Positions 28,201 to 38,080 of a stretch of 64,000 bases of DNA are shown piece after piece (within the stretch, counting starts at the first letter, position 1; every line of letters starts with the position of its first letter). Source of the stretch: Takakia lepidozioides. Its lineage: Eukaryota; Plantae; Bryophyta. Below the pieces are notes generated by a model. That model was not told where the DNA came from and did no database searches. It was given only the letters and a program-made list of their open reading frames with translations. Both the position numbers and the translations under genes were made by a program. The DNA lies in assembly GCA_030704615.1 (NCBI GenBank), contig CM060734.1, positions 46,128,001 to 46,192,000 on the forward strand, given 5' to 3'.

Positions 28201-29287
28201 GCAATGTTTAAATAACCAGAGATAAACTTCATTCCAGTGGCCAATAACTAAGACTACATGATGGCAAGAGATGGGAACTACCGTAATTCTTGATGTTTCA
28301 CACAATGCCTGCAATCAGTAAGCTTTTTACTACAGGTTCTTTTCAACAAACAGACAATGTAGCTACAATTTGTCACAGCATTCATCATTGTTCCGCATAT
28401 TAGCTGCTTAGGACCTGTATGAAACAGCACACGGCATTGCATGGGCGAGATGCTTGGATTCTCCATAAAGGAGGAGATTTGTGGAAAAATCCTCCTTCCA
28501 TGAGTTGCAAGTTGCTCCAATTTCTTCTAACTTATACTGTGTTCACTGGTCTATCCAGTTCATGAGTATTAAGACAGAAGTCAGTTCATCTGCTGCAGAT
28601 CAAAGGCCTGAAATCAAGCAGCCTGGGGAATGCAGCAAATGTCACGCTGCTGGATCTAAATTATGGCTATGTTGTCATCTTGTCGGCTACCGTGTATTAA
28701 GGGTCAAGTGTGAAGTCAGCTAACAAATGACACTTCGACCAGATGCGAACAAGTCCTATGGAATCACAAATCCTCTGTCCGTGCTCTGCTAACTTGACAG
28801 CACCACCCTGTCAGCACCATCAGCAGAAGAGCACGAACACCTTCTAAAAAGCATCGGCGACCCATTTATCTCCAAAGAGATGAGAAATTCAAATCAAGTG
28901 GACTAGCCGAGAGGCAAAATCCAAACTTTTCCAGCTCTTTCTCATGCTGGACTTGCAAGGAGATGTAAAGTAAAGAGGATGAAAATTCTTGCGGACAGGG
29001 AAAGAGAAGCGACACACAGGTGACAGAGACATACATATGCGAGCAACTTGCGGATTCTCAAGCTGTATCTCATCAGCAGCTTGCAGAATAGCACTGATAT
29101 TAGTCTCCTGCGACAGGCATTGAGGAACCACATACGACGATCGTGTCGATTCATTGCCCGTCCCATTATCGTTACGGAGAGAGCTCAACCTCCTCTCTTC
29201 GGCACGCAGCGCAACGTACACTAGCGCCTCCCACCTGCCCAGCACACGCTTGGAAATCCGGTGAGGAGGCCTAGGAGGTGACGCCAT
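1256..29287 (-). CDS. CALS: Callose synthase (1,3-beta-glucan synthase, GT48), GSL8/GSL10 (CalS10/CalS9)-like; multi-exon, 3' part lies beyond the left edge of the window
   Basis: ATG at 29287 (MASPPRPPHRISKRVLGRWEALV...AADEIQLENPQVARI). GT-AG exons read by eye include 29035-29287, 26730-26827 (CEYAYSLSQELDPTSAGRGVLQFKTGL), 26421-26584, 26067-26190, 24025-24135, ~22993-23090 (DNVANQREHLILLLANSQSR), ~21341-21479 (LYLLIWGEAANVRFMPECLCYIFH), ~19702-19777 (WRNYDDFNEFFW), ~18325-18477 (KTNFVEHR), 16038-16090 (ERYYVGRGMYE), ~5043-5205 (PRNLEARRRLQFFTNSLFM), ~4573-4681 (VFTPYYSEDV...FYLQKIFP), ~4030-4195 (ELRLWASYRGQTLART), ~3212-3387 (KFTYVVTCQIYG), 2038-2156 (KLGEGKPENQNHAIIFTRG), ~1593-1708 (DNYLEE...VREHVFTG), 1256-1338 (VSSLAWFMS...VTLGQRVLA). 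The next expected exon (RMHYGHPD) is not in the window. Confidence 0.97.
2160..2300 (-). other. Degenerate duplicate of a CalS acceptor plus exon 5' half
   Basis: From 2275 the minus strand reads ag|HIYSITLPAKMKLGKGKPRKQIHTII, versus the true exon from 2156, ag|EIYSIKLPGDVKLGEGKPENQNHAII. Confidence 0.8.
4750..4858 (-). mobile_element. LINE family B mini-insertion flanked on both sides by (GAAAT)n
   Basis: (GAAAT)7 GGTGCTTTATAACGTCCGCGGAAATCTCAGAGCTTATGGG...(GAAAT)3. Confidence 0.8.
5690..6090 (-). mobile_element. LINE family B 3' fragment
   Basis: (GAAAT)n GGTACTTTATAACGTCTGCAGG at ~5695; QSLVEVFHYEDQK matches the 11588 copy. Confidence 0.75.
6790..7570 (+). mobile_element. LINE family B (RTE/RTEX-like) 3' fragment with CATTT tail
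   Basis: RVGSHNLRIYTGR...LCPSC...SEAHFLFHYHLYYEIQGRF is a typical RTE/RTEX C-terminal motif; the fragment ends GTTACAAAGTACCATTTTCATTTC. Confidence 0.8.
7830..8630 (+). mobile_element. LINE family A degraded 3' copy, in a CalS intron
   Basis: ISWKQERPV...WKRVEEI...VRQKTSLKLFPVSDMGED matches the 61635 ORF; the copy ends GGCCACAAGGCTACGG...GTATATTCT. Confidence 0.85.
11470..12300 (-). mobile_element. LINE family B 3' fragment with doubled (CATTT)n terminus
   Basis: EEHFFFYCPLYYEIRGRFHCLF; the plus strand shows (GAAAT)n GGTACTTTACAACGTCCGCGGAAAG at 11534, with a second terminus at 11478. Confidence 0.85.
12300..13380 (-). mobile_element. Degraded L1-clade LINE ORF1 remnant
   Basis: The minus strand gives a decayed VCL.LS...LEY...LP.S knuckle region (~13200-13330) and VSNLFEALEE (~12785-12810), both typical of plant L1 ORF1; many stops. 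Confidence 0.55.
15560..15792. repeat. ~130-bp diverged tandem duplication in a CalS intron
   Basis: AACAAACAGCCACATCTA...GTGGTGGAAGCTA...CACCTCAAAC.GCTCCTCTGAGG occurs at 15560 and 15691. Confidence 0.85.
18709..18871 (+). mobile_element. tRNA-derived SINE (best-preserved copy)
   Basis: Pol III A box TAGCCCAGTGG (18722-18732), B box GGTTCAATCC (18765-18774), structured body GGTGTC...GACACC (18793-18844) and a terminal hairpin, flanked by TA-rich repeats; homologues occur elsewhere in the window. Confidence 0.8.
21930..22340 (+). mobile_element. Probable degraded L1 ORF1 remnant in a CalS intron
   Basis: A 135-aa ORF with a decayed knuckle-like PFCYSDSGSSHEIKTISPC and no CalS homology. Confidence 0.3.
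23451..23537 (-). mobile_element. Very short, young LINE family A insertion with target-site duplication
   Basis: The reverse complement is almost identical to 62598-62683, and it is flanked by direct repeats CCGGTGAAT(AGA) at 23442 and 23538. Confidence 0.9.
24190..24610 (+). mobile_element. Divergent RTE/RTEX-like LINE remnant related to family A
   Basis: SWQKKVNTSLKFLE...RLSLTLNRK resembles SWQKRVEEILKDLD...RAGSLPLNSK of family A. Confidence 0.45.
24610..25055 (+). repeat. Degenerate 15-bp minisatellite (GGGTTACAT/GAGTTACAC core)
   Basis: TTACA recurs every ~15 bp; a higher-order ~210-bp repeat links 24680-24780 with 24890-24990. Confidence 0.85.
25200..25312 (+). mobile_element. SINE family copy (3' body)
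   Basis: GGTGTCCACCTTC...CAGTAGCCCTTTGGGGTGAAGTGACACC matches 18793-18844. Confidence 0.75.
27595..27875 (-). mobile_element. LINE family B 3' fragment
   Basis: GAAATGAAACGAAATGGTAATGTATAACATCTGCGAGAAGCTCAAAGAGCTTATGGGAC matches 11540-11600. Confidence 0.8.
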
Positions 29288-30450
29288 CACATCCACCGCT
29301 GCGCAGATCCCTCAACCTAGCACTGCACACCTCTTGCATCCATGTAAACTCCTCTCCAGCAAGCACAAGGAGATCAAATTCGCCAACAATCCGTTGCTGC
29401 CCTGCCAAGAGAAAACGTAGCACACACTGAAATAAAGTCCACCATTGAGAGAAAGGGTAGACCAGACGGGCATTAACAGCGCGGCCTGACCGCCTGTGTT
29501 TCCCGCCGCGGCCTGGCTCAGCCGCGCGGCTGCCCCGCTGTTGCCTGGAAAGGGTCGCAAGAGCGCGGGGTTCTGGAACGTTTCAAAGGGGCCCCGCATC
29601 TCACCGCCCCCGACGTATGCGTGGAAAGCCCTAACTGTCTGTGAGACGAAAAAAGACCGACAACAATCATGTGTTGTGGATAGAGTGTCATTCTGCAATG
29701 AGTGGACGTTCACCGAAAATCTAGCAGGGGCGCCTGACCTAGGCAGCCATTATGCGGATCAATTCCTGTAGAATCAGGAGGATGGTTTGATGGTACACCG
29801 GGTCGGAGCATGGCAAACCCGGATATTTTCGACGATGCAAGTGTAGCTAGATCCATTCTTCTATCAACTTTGCAGAGCTGAGAAGCATGATCATCAGCTT
29901 GGAAAGAAACTTGTAGAGCTGGCGTTCAATGGTGTCCCTTTCTACTCGCTGAACGTTTGGCTTGGCGCAAATCGAGTGCTTGAAACTAACAAGGAGGATC
30001 CACTTTGAACCGGAAGTTCAGTATTACTGATGTGTTTCGCTTCATATAATCTATCCCCAATATCGACATCCAAGTTTGACGGCACTGTTACATTCAAAAG
30101 ACCATTACGGACAAGTTTTGAAGTGGTTATTGAAGGGTTGGTGTGCTTCCTTTAGCTCATACAGCTTACCAGTGAGCTGCATTACAGTATCTAGAGTCAA
30201 GCACAAATGGCATGAGAAGTTAGGACTCTAGTGATGAGGAAAGCTATCTACTTGCTTACAACCTGCAAGACCGTATCAAAATATTCATGGGATGAAGTAC
30301 AAGCCAATTCGGCATGAAGTTACGATGTCTTCTATTCTTTGGAGTAGTATGTTCCAAGAAGCTCAGCTTCAGCCTCATCCTCAGTTCACTCAAAAGAAAA
30401 CATGGGTTTTCTCACTCCCATTCACCTGAAAAAGTGAATGAAACCCCTTG

Positions 30451-30703
30451 AACAAGTGCTCCACAACAATGCAGATTAGTTGCTTGCTCGGACTTGCAAA
30501 ATGTCTTCTTGTAATTCATTACCCAGAAATTTCTTACTCCCCCAGGCACTGGCCTTTCACGCTTTTCTACACAAGTGCTCCACAACAATGCAGATTAGTT
30601 CCTTGAAACTCTAGAAAGGACTCGGACTTGCCAAATGTCTTCTTGTCATTCATTACCCAGAAATTTCTACTCCCCCAGTCATTGGCCTTTCACGCTTTTC
30701 TAA
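30451..30703. repeat. ~120-130 bp tandem duplication
   Basis: ACAAGTGCTCCACAACAATGCAGATTAGTT...GGCCTTTCACGCTTTTCTA occurs twice. Confidence 0.9.
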
Positions 30704-33700
30704 ACCGATCATGCCACACCTCACCAAGTACTTCAATCTTTACTAACCTCGCAAGAATAGCCTCATGCTCTCAGGTGTTTGTACTCATGACAATTACAGC
30801 GACATTCGACAACAGCCTTTCCTCCCTCCTTCCTGAAATGCAAAGCAATTGCAAGTTGGCCACTACTAGACTAAATTGAGCACATCAGATTGACATGACA
30901 CTGTGCCATAGAACTATTGACTATCCAATCATCTTTTATCATCATGGATCGTGTGTAAATGGTGGCAAGAGGAAGAGGGGTGCACCCTTGTGGCTATGAC
31001 ATCCCATGGAGGTTTTACTTTCTGCAGGATAGTAAGGCCTCCCTATAACACTTGTTGGTGAGGACGATCCAACTATAGGGGGTTGAGTAAGCATTGAACG
31101 GCTGGCACTATCATAGAATAAAAAGTGTGTGGAAGGAACATGAGACGGCCAAGCACACACATAGAAATGGGGGAGAGTGCCACCTCCTTGACAAGCTACA
31201 CTGGTGAGAGACAATACTAGTCTTGCCAAAATATAGCTTATAGAAGTGGAGACAACAAATTAGAATGTGGCCCCAAATCAGTCTGCAATAAGGCTTGCAA
31301 GGAACATATGCCCACCTAGTTGGGGAAACATTGATGTGCACACGATGCCATGCATTATTGAACACTCCCTTCAGATTCCAAATACTATCCATACGAGCAG
31401 GCTGCACATTTGCCGCACTATCAACCTGCAAACATTACCAAGCCTACCCTGGGGATAAATTACGTTTCCTCGACATAGACCAAAGTGTTGATGTGGCCTT
31501 CTCACCACTGAGCCTAATCTGCTGCCAAACAGACAGACGAACACATACTTTATAACAACCAAATAGTGTACAATTGATCTCTGTTGTTTCCTCTGGCCAG
31601 TTGATTTTGTTTGGCTTGCCAAAAGTTGTGTTCAATGTCTGGGTGTTACAAAGGTTTGATCTAGGATGCTCTCGGGCCCCTTTTCTTCACAGCAAAGAGG
31701 AAAGAGAAAAGAAATAAATGAAATGGTATTTCAGAACTCCGCAAAAATTTCAAAGACTTTAATGGAGAGTCTTAGGCCTTTTGGTGGTTATTTTTTCCAC
31801 CTTCTTTTGATGGATTTTGGGCCCTCTTTCCCCCCATAAAATGTTATAAAAACAAAAATGGAGGGCCTACAAAGCCTCGTGTAGAAGTTGGGGGACTTTC
31901 AAATGTGCCAAAAGAGAGACTTACCAGAGGTTTACCAGGCTAGTAGTGACCTTTTTTGTTGAAGCCAATCGTATCTTTCCTTTTTCTTAATTTATTTATG
32001 AAAAAAGGGGTAGAGGCCCATGGAAATCGTTAGTGTTAATTACACCAAAACATGAAGCTTGGATGAAACTTCTTTCATACGCATGCACATGACATGAAAT
32101 TCCAAGAAATGGGACAAAGATTCATGGGCTACATTTAGAGAAATCCTAATGTGGTCCTCTACCTGAAAACAGACATCAGATGTGGGTGATTGTATTGCTG
32201 CAAGCATTGCAAGCACTGCACAAAAGAGAAAGAGAAGTTCATTACAGCCAGGGGAGGCTAAAAGATAAAATAGAACAATGCAACAAATCCATAGACACAA
32301 AAAGCAAATCAAACCCAATGTTGAAGGAAAGAGAGAGAGAGAGAGATTTTCATAGAGGTGTAAAATGAAGAGGGAATCAAACAAATAAAATGCGCACGTA
32401 TGAATTGAATAGGTACTTCATAACATGTACGAGAAGGAAAGAGAATGATTTAAAGCTTTATTAGCTACATACCGCTTTCACAATGATATCTGTTGGTGGA
32501 GAAAGTTGAGCCATGAGCTCCCAAAACACCAAAGCCCATTTAAAGCGATTAGGGTCGTCAAGAGATAGAGAAGTTGGTGCCTCTATCTTTTCTTCCTCCA
32601 CTCCCAGGGAAGGCAAGTGGCCTCCTTCCATGTGAGGCCAGTATCAATTGATACATCAACATGCTCAATGCATCGTCCACCACCAGCCAATGCATATCCA
32701 CGAATAGTCACCTGCAAAATGATTTTTCACATGGTGAACCATGATTCATTAATGTATACATAATATTAGGGCTTTGATTTATAATATGGCATCATTACAA
32801 TATCTCAATTATGAGAATGATTGATCTGTTTGCTAAAAGTTAATGTCAGCTATTTTTTTCCCATGGCAGGGCAAGAGTAGGAAAAAAAATGTCACAAATC
32901 CAGCCATCTCTCTCTCTTTGAAATTAATGCATAAAAACTAACCGTGGTTCCTTGCTGCACGTATGCACCATCTTGCGGCACACATATTACAATCTGGCTC
33001 CACCCAACCAAGCCCACAACTATTAGAAATACACATTTGTTGGGCCTAGAAAGCTTGAAGACAAATCAACATTCATGACAAGATGCAACATTATAAACAC
33101 AAAATCGAGAGAGAGTACCTGGACAGGGAATTCCATTAGTGGCCGCCTTGACTGCCAATCGACCGTAACAACCCACGGTGGATCCAAATGTCATGGTGGA
33201 AACATCTTGTTATCAACTTGCATGAAAAAACCCTGTTCACAATATTGGAATGAACCAATGTAATATGTCTAACCACCAACTGAAAAACAAAGAAAATTTT
33301 GCAATATTTTGTGAATTTCACCACCTTGTTCCTTCCACACATGCACTCATTAAGTTTTTATAGATTCAATATGCAATTAAATGAAGCTTGAGATTTACTT
33401 TCTCAAACATTAACTACTGAATGTCATCGTTTCAGATATTCTACCTGGCACTCATGTTCAGAGACTACAATGGCACTCAACCATTTCACAGAGCGAGCGC
33501 CAATAACTCCCGGAACCACAACTCGCAAAGGAAAACCCATGGTCACGACTTAACTCCTGTCAACCTCTGAAAACTTTATGATTTAGCCCAATGTACCTAC
33601 ATTCAAACCAAATGGGTAATTCACAACACCAACCATCATTGCTAATCCACATTATATCGAACAAGGGCCTCAAAATATATGTTTATAATAATGACAAACC

Positions 33701-34402
33701 TACTACCACAAACCTTGCCATTCATCTCATAAGCCAATAAAATATCTGCCCCTAAGGTTGTGGCATGCAGCAAGGGCACCGATGCTTTGTATGGCCCCCC
33801 CCTTTCCTCCTGCAACAAAGTTCACATATCTTCAACCTGTCACATTGGAAAAAAAGAACTTATCTCATTTTTAAGTCTATGTGTTTATGTTATGGTCAAT
33901 CTAGTAGGTGTGGAGTCTATGGTATGCAGTATAACATGACAAGAATTGTCGAATAAGGGCAATTTGACTGTTGGTCTCAAGTCTTAAGGTTTTATCACTC
34001 CAACTTTCCAAGGTATCAACCTACAGTGTGATTAAAAAAAACACAAATAGCCAATTTTTTGGAAAAATAACATATGGACACTACAACAACAAGGATAATG
34101 CAGTGCAACTAGAAAAAATAACTCTATTGCAGCAAATCATGTACCTTGCAAACATCCACACTGATGAACTCCACATATCTTCCGCCTGTTTCTGACGCAA
34201 CGGAATGGAGTTGTGAGACACACCTGCCATATTTAACGCATCCAATAATCTTGCTCCTCCCAAGCAACTGTTTGTCGACTCAAAAAACAACACAGAAAAA
34301 ACTTGCATCAGTTTGCGTCCAAATTAGTTAGCCTTAATTTCCAACTTGACATTGTTTTGAATCATTTCACTATGATAAGTAATAATATTAAATATTAAAT
34401 AA

Positions 34403-35224
34403 TCTCTAATACTAGAAAGGTGTTGACTTTAGAGGTTTGTGATTTAAGCTAGTAGGATATCTACTAGCACGTACAAATGTGATGTTGTTCCACATCATAA
34501 CCTTGAAATGACTTCTTTTGGGCACATGATGAATACATAACCACAAACAGGAAACTATACATATTGGTCATCCACATACTCTAGGCTTTCTTGATGTCTT
34601 CTATTCTGTTGTGGCATCAGGAGTAATTTATGGGAATAGTGTTGGTACACTCATTTTCTTGTCCACATCTTTCTACAATAACAAAGGCTAGCAAAACATA
34701 GGCAATAGGTCGGTCTTGCAATATTGAGTCTCAAAGAGCAACAAGTATAAAAAATTAGGCGATTATGGTGATGCTGAATGATGTAGGTCGTCTGAATTAA
34801 TGTGGCTTCAACAAGGAAATCTTTGACGGGCTCAATGGTGTGCAAAGATGGCTTTGTTCTATCCCTTGAAAATACTAATTCTACATATTTAAAAGTCTCG
34901 CTTTGTACATCAACGTTTGCAATAATCATATTTACATAAAGAAGTTAAGGTGGCCTTAACCCTAAAAGTAAACACTTTAGAATCTTTAGATTAGTGAATC
35001 AGACCATCAAAGTAGGTACTTATATTGTTAGTCTTTCCTTGTGAAACAATTTGCATATAGCTTATACCGTACTTGCCTAAGCTATTCATCAAGACCCTGC
35101 CGGACTAATTAATTTTTCTTAAAGAAGGGGTCTGGCAGGCTTTTTTTGAATTTCTGCAGTTCCGGAAATTTTCATGATAAATAATTTAAAAAAAACCACT
35201 TTCATCACATATGTGTGCGGCTAG
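34403..35224 (+). mobile_element. Probable non-autonomous Helitron in an SO pseudogene intron
   Basis: 5' A|TCTCTAATACTAGAAAGG and 3' CACATATGTG palindrome followed by CGGCTAG|T, consistent with an A|T insertion without TSD; an internal inverted repeat CCTGCCGGAC/GTCTGGCAGG at ~35096-35139. Confidence 0.5.
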
Positions 35225-37204
35225 TGCAACGGTATTGTAAGTAAACTCGGCAGAGCAAGTTTGGGGGTCAGATTTCTGACATTCGTTTCTGGGATAGCTT
35301 CATTTTAAATATTTTCGGCAGTCTGTTTTTGCATTTAATTTTCATCGGACAGCGTAGGCGGGTACGATATACTAAATTTAAAGGTAGAAGCTGGTTACCA
35401 TTTCCAAGAACCGCATTGTCCCAATTGATTTCCAAGACCTTCCGTTCTTGACTCATAGATTTTCTTCGATTTCCTGCACACTTTATTAGCAATTGCATCA
35501 TCCAATCATAATCTCTTCATCTGCGAATATACATTTGTCATATCTATAATTGAAATAGTTGATATTACAATCAAAGTTCAAATTTCTTAAGTGATAAGAT
35601 AAAAACACAACATCCCATGCTCAACTCTCATGACTTGACATTTTCTAAAGCTCCTCCCTCAATTGAGAAGATGTCTCTGATAGAAATTATCAGAGATTAG
35701 CTAAATGAACCAAAAGATGATTTATATTTGCAAAAAGGCTGCACTACCCTAAATCTCACCTGCAATGTTGCAACGATTGTATGTTTTGGCAACTCCTTGC
35801 AAAATTCCAAAACCACTCATTCTCATACGAACTCTAAACACATGTATGTAGTGACTAGGGTATGACATTGACAAGTAGGCTAGTACATGAGCCTACTACT
35901 TTAAGAAGTGTCATCATTAACCATTTCACACATAAAAAGAGACAAAACAATCAACAAGTTGGTTTTCAAATACTACTAGAAATAATGCTTTGTAATACCG
36001 TATTTCATCGAGGGACAAAGATAGTGGAGTTGGGATCAATCCGATAACTGCCAAACGGTATCTGTAAAACATGAGGTCATGTCAACAAAATTCAAACAAA
36101 TGACGAAAAATGACCCTCAACGTTCATATATGTTATATTTTTCAAGGTAAGAAAATGATATTTCGCCGGATCCTCTGTGAAACATCACTCTTTGCAACTG
36201 TAGTTCAACACCATCTTAGAATATAATCCTACGGACATGTAAACAATAGTTTTGTTTCATGGTCTTCTCAACCACCTTCATTACAAATTAAACATTTTAT
36301 TCATGAGCATTTGTTACAAAATCATTTAAATATATTGAAAAAGAGAGACTCTTGTCAAATGAGCAAAATCTCATTAATGCTTTGTATTGTACTTAGGTAC
36401 TCATTGAGGCCTACATTAACGTCTGTTGGTTATAAAATAATCGCCTTAAAAATATGTATTATATAAACATGCGCTTCAAACAAGAATATGGTACTGAACG
36501 TGTCATTGGCAGACAAACTTGTTGTTACAGAGCCAACATCCGAAACAAAACATTGCCAACAGTATGTACATGTACATATGCAAGCATTTGAAATCTAAAT
36601 ATTCTTACACAACAAACAACTAAACGACTATATGTATGCAACTATGTTGAGCAATATCTATATCGCTAGCATGATGTGAGTTAGTAAAAGAAGATAGTGC
36701 CACAACCGATTCATGTCGAGGAATAGCATAGCCATCAACATCCTCATATATGTAAATCTGAGTTCTTGTAATTGACTAGACGACGTAAAGACGTCATAGA
36801 AAATATGTGCTACATCCATCATCTGCAATTCATGAAGTCTACACTTCCAAATTGCATCCGAAGACCATGCCGCTATTGTGAAATGGAGCAACCCACCCTA
36901 CAATTGGGTAAAATTGTCCAAACCTTAACATATCTAGCAATACTCTTGGAAGTTACATAGATGACAAGCAAATGAGCATCTTGTATTTGGACCACTGCTG
37001 AGCTCGCATAGAATGTTCTAATGCGAAGGTGAGTTAGTCAATATAAAATTGTCATACCACTTATGCATTTCTAATTTGGAAGCATAATCATTTTTAGGAA
37101 TATTTCACATTGAGGTCTTATTAGAAAACATACAATTTATTTCTACATTTTGTTTCTACATTTAGCCGTCACATTGTTGAGAGAGAGAATGTACTCATAA
37201 AACA

Positions 37205-37305
37205 TTGTAATTTGTTGCAGCCTTGTGGCCAATGTTGAGAGACTTGACATAAAATAAACTAATGAGATGTTGTTTGCCGTAGCCTTGTGGCTATAGACCC
37301 ATGTC
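37205..37305 (-). mobile_element. Two short LINE family A 3'-end remnants in an SO pseudogene intron
   Basis: GCAGCCTTGTGGCCA (~37217) and TGTTGTTTGCCGTAGCCTTGTGGC (~37268) are reverse complements of the family A terminus. Confidence 0.7.
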
Positions 37306-37967
37306 AAGAAAATTTCGATAGAGAGAGGGCATACACAGTGGGGTTATAGATTGCAGGTACAGGGCCATGATTACATTTGTAAAGTATCTCTTCAGGAGTT
37401 AAGTAAGAATCCATTAGGATTGCCAGCGGAGACTCTGCATTGAATGGCTCCTACATGAACACAAAACACATCACTCAAACACCAAATGGAAGTGGATGTC
37501 ATTTTCGTATAGTGAAACTGAAACCAACATTATATAAGAATATAATATAAGCCAAAATAGAATAAATGTGGTACTTCATTAAACTTAACGATTGATAAGA
37601 CGCTCTAAATTTTAGTGAAGTACTAAGGTGATACTTTGGTGGCTAATTTTAATTGTCAGACAAAAATAATTACTGCATAATTGGCAAAGATTATGTAGCA
37701 CAACCTATTTCTAACATGAAAAATAATTACTTCAATTTAAAATAGATTGACACCATTATCACTAGATCTAATCGGGCCTAGAGCATTGTTCAAATCACAT
37801 TTTTTTACTCCTTCGAGTACAAACCAATCTACTTGATATCCATCCCAAACAATCAACAATTTAACCGAAACGATGGAGACTGAATGTAGTGTAGCATCAG
37901 TTGTATTATAAATTTCTTATTATTTCTAACTATGTAATTGTAGTTGCGTATATATATATATATATAT

Positions 37968-38080
37968 GATGCCAACAGGAGTTAAGTGTCTCGTCTCTTT
38001 GTGGGTATTGCCCCCTCGGGCTCTCTTAAGTAGGACTTATATACGAGGTGACCAATCCGCCACCAACCTTGCATTTTTTG
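37968..38080 (-). mobile_element. Divergent SINE family copy next to (TA)n
   Basis: (TA)n GATGCC..GGAG.TTAA..GTGTCTC...GGG.TA.TGCC aligns with 52980-53060. Confidence 0.5.

Noticed and set aside
29800-30010. Possible small gene between CalS and the SO pseudogene
   Set aside because: There are only short open frames on both strands, with no recognisable homology or exon structure.
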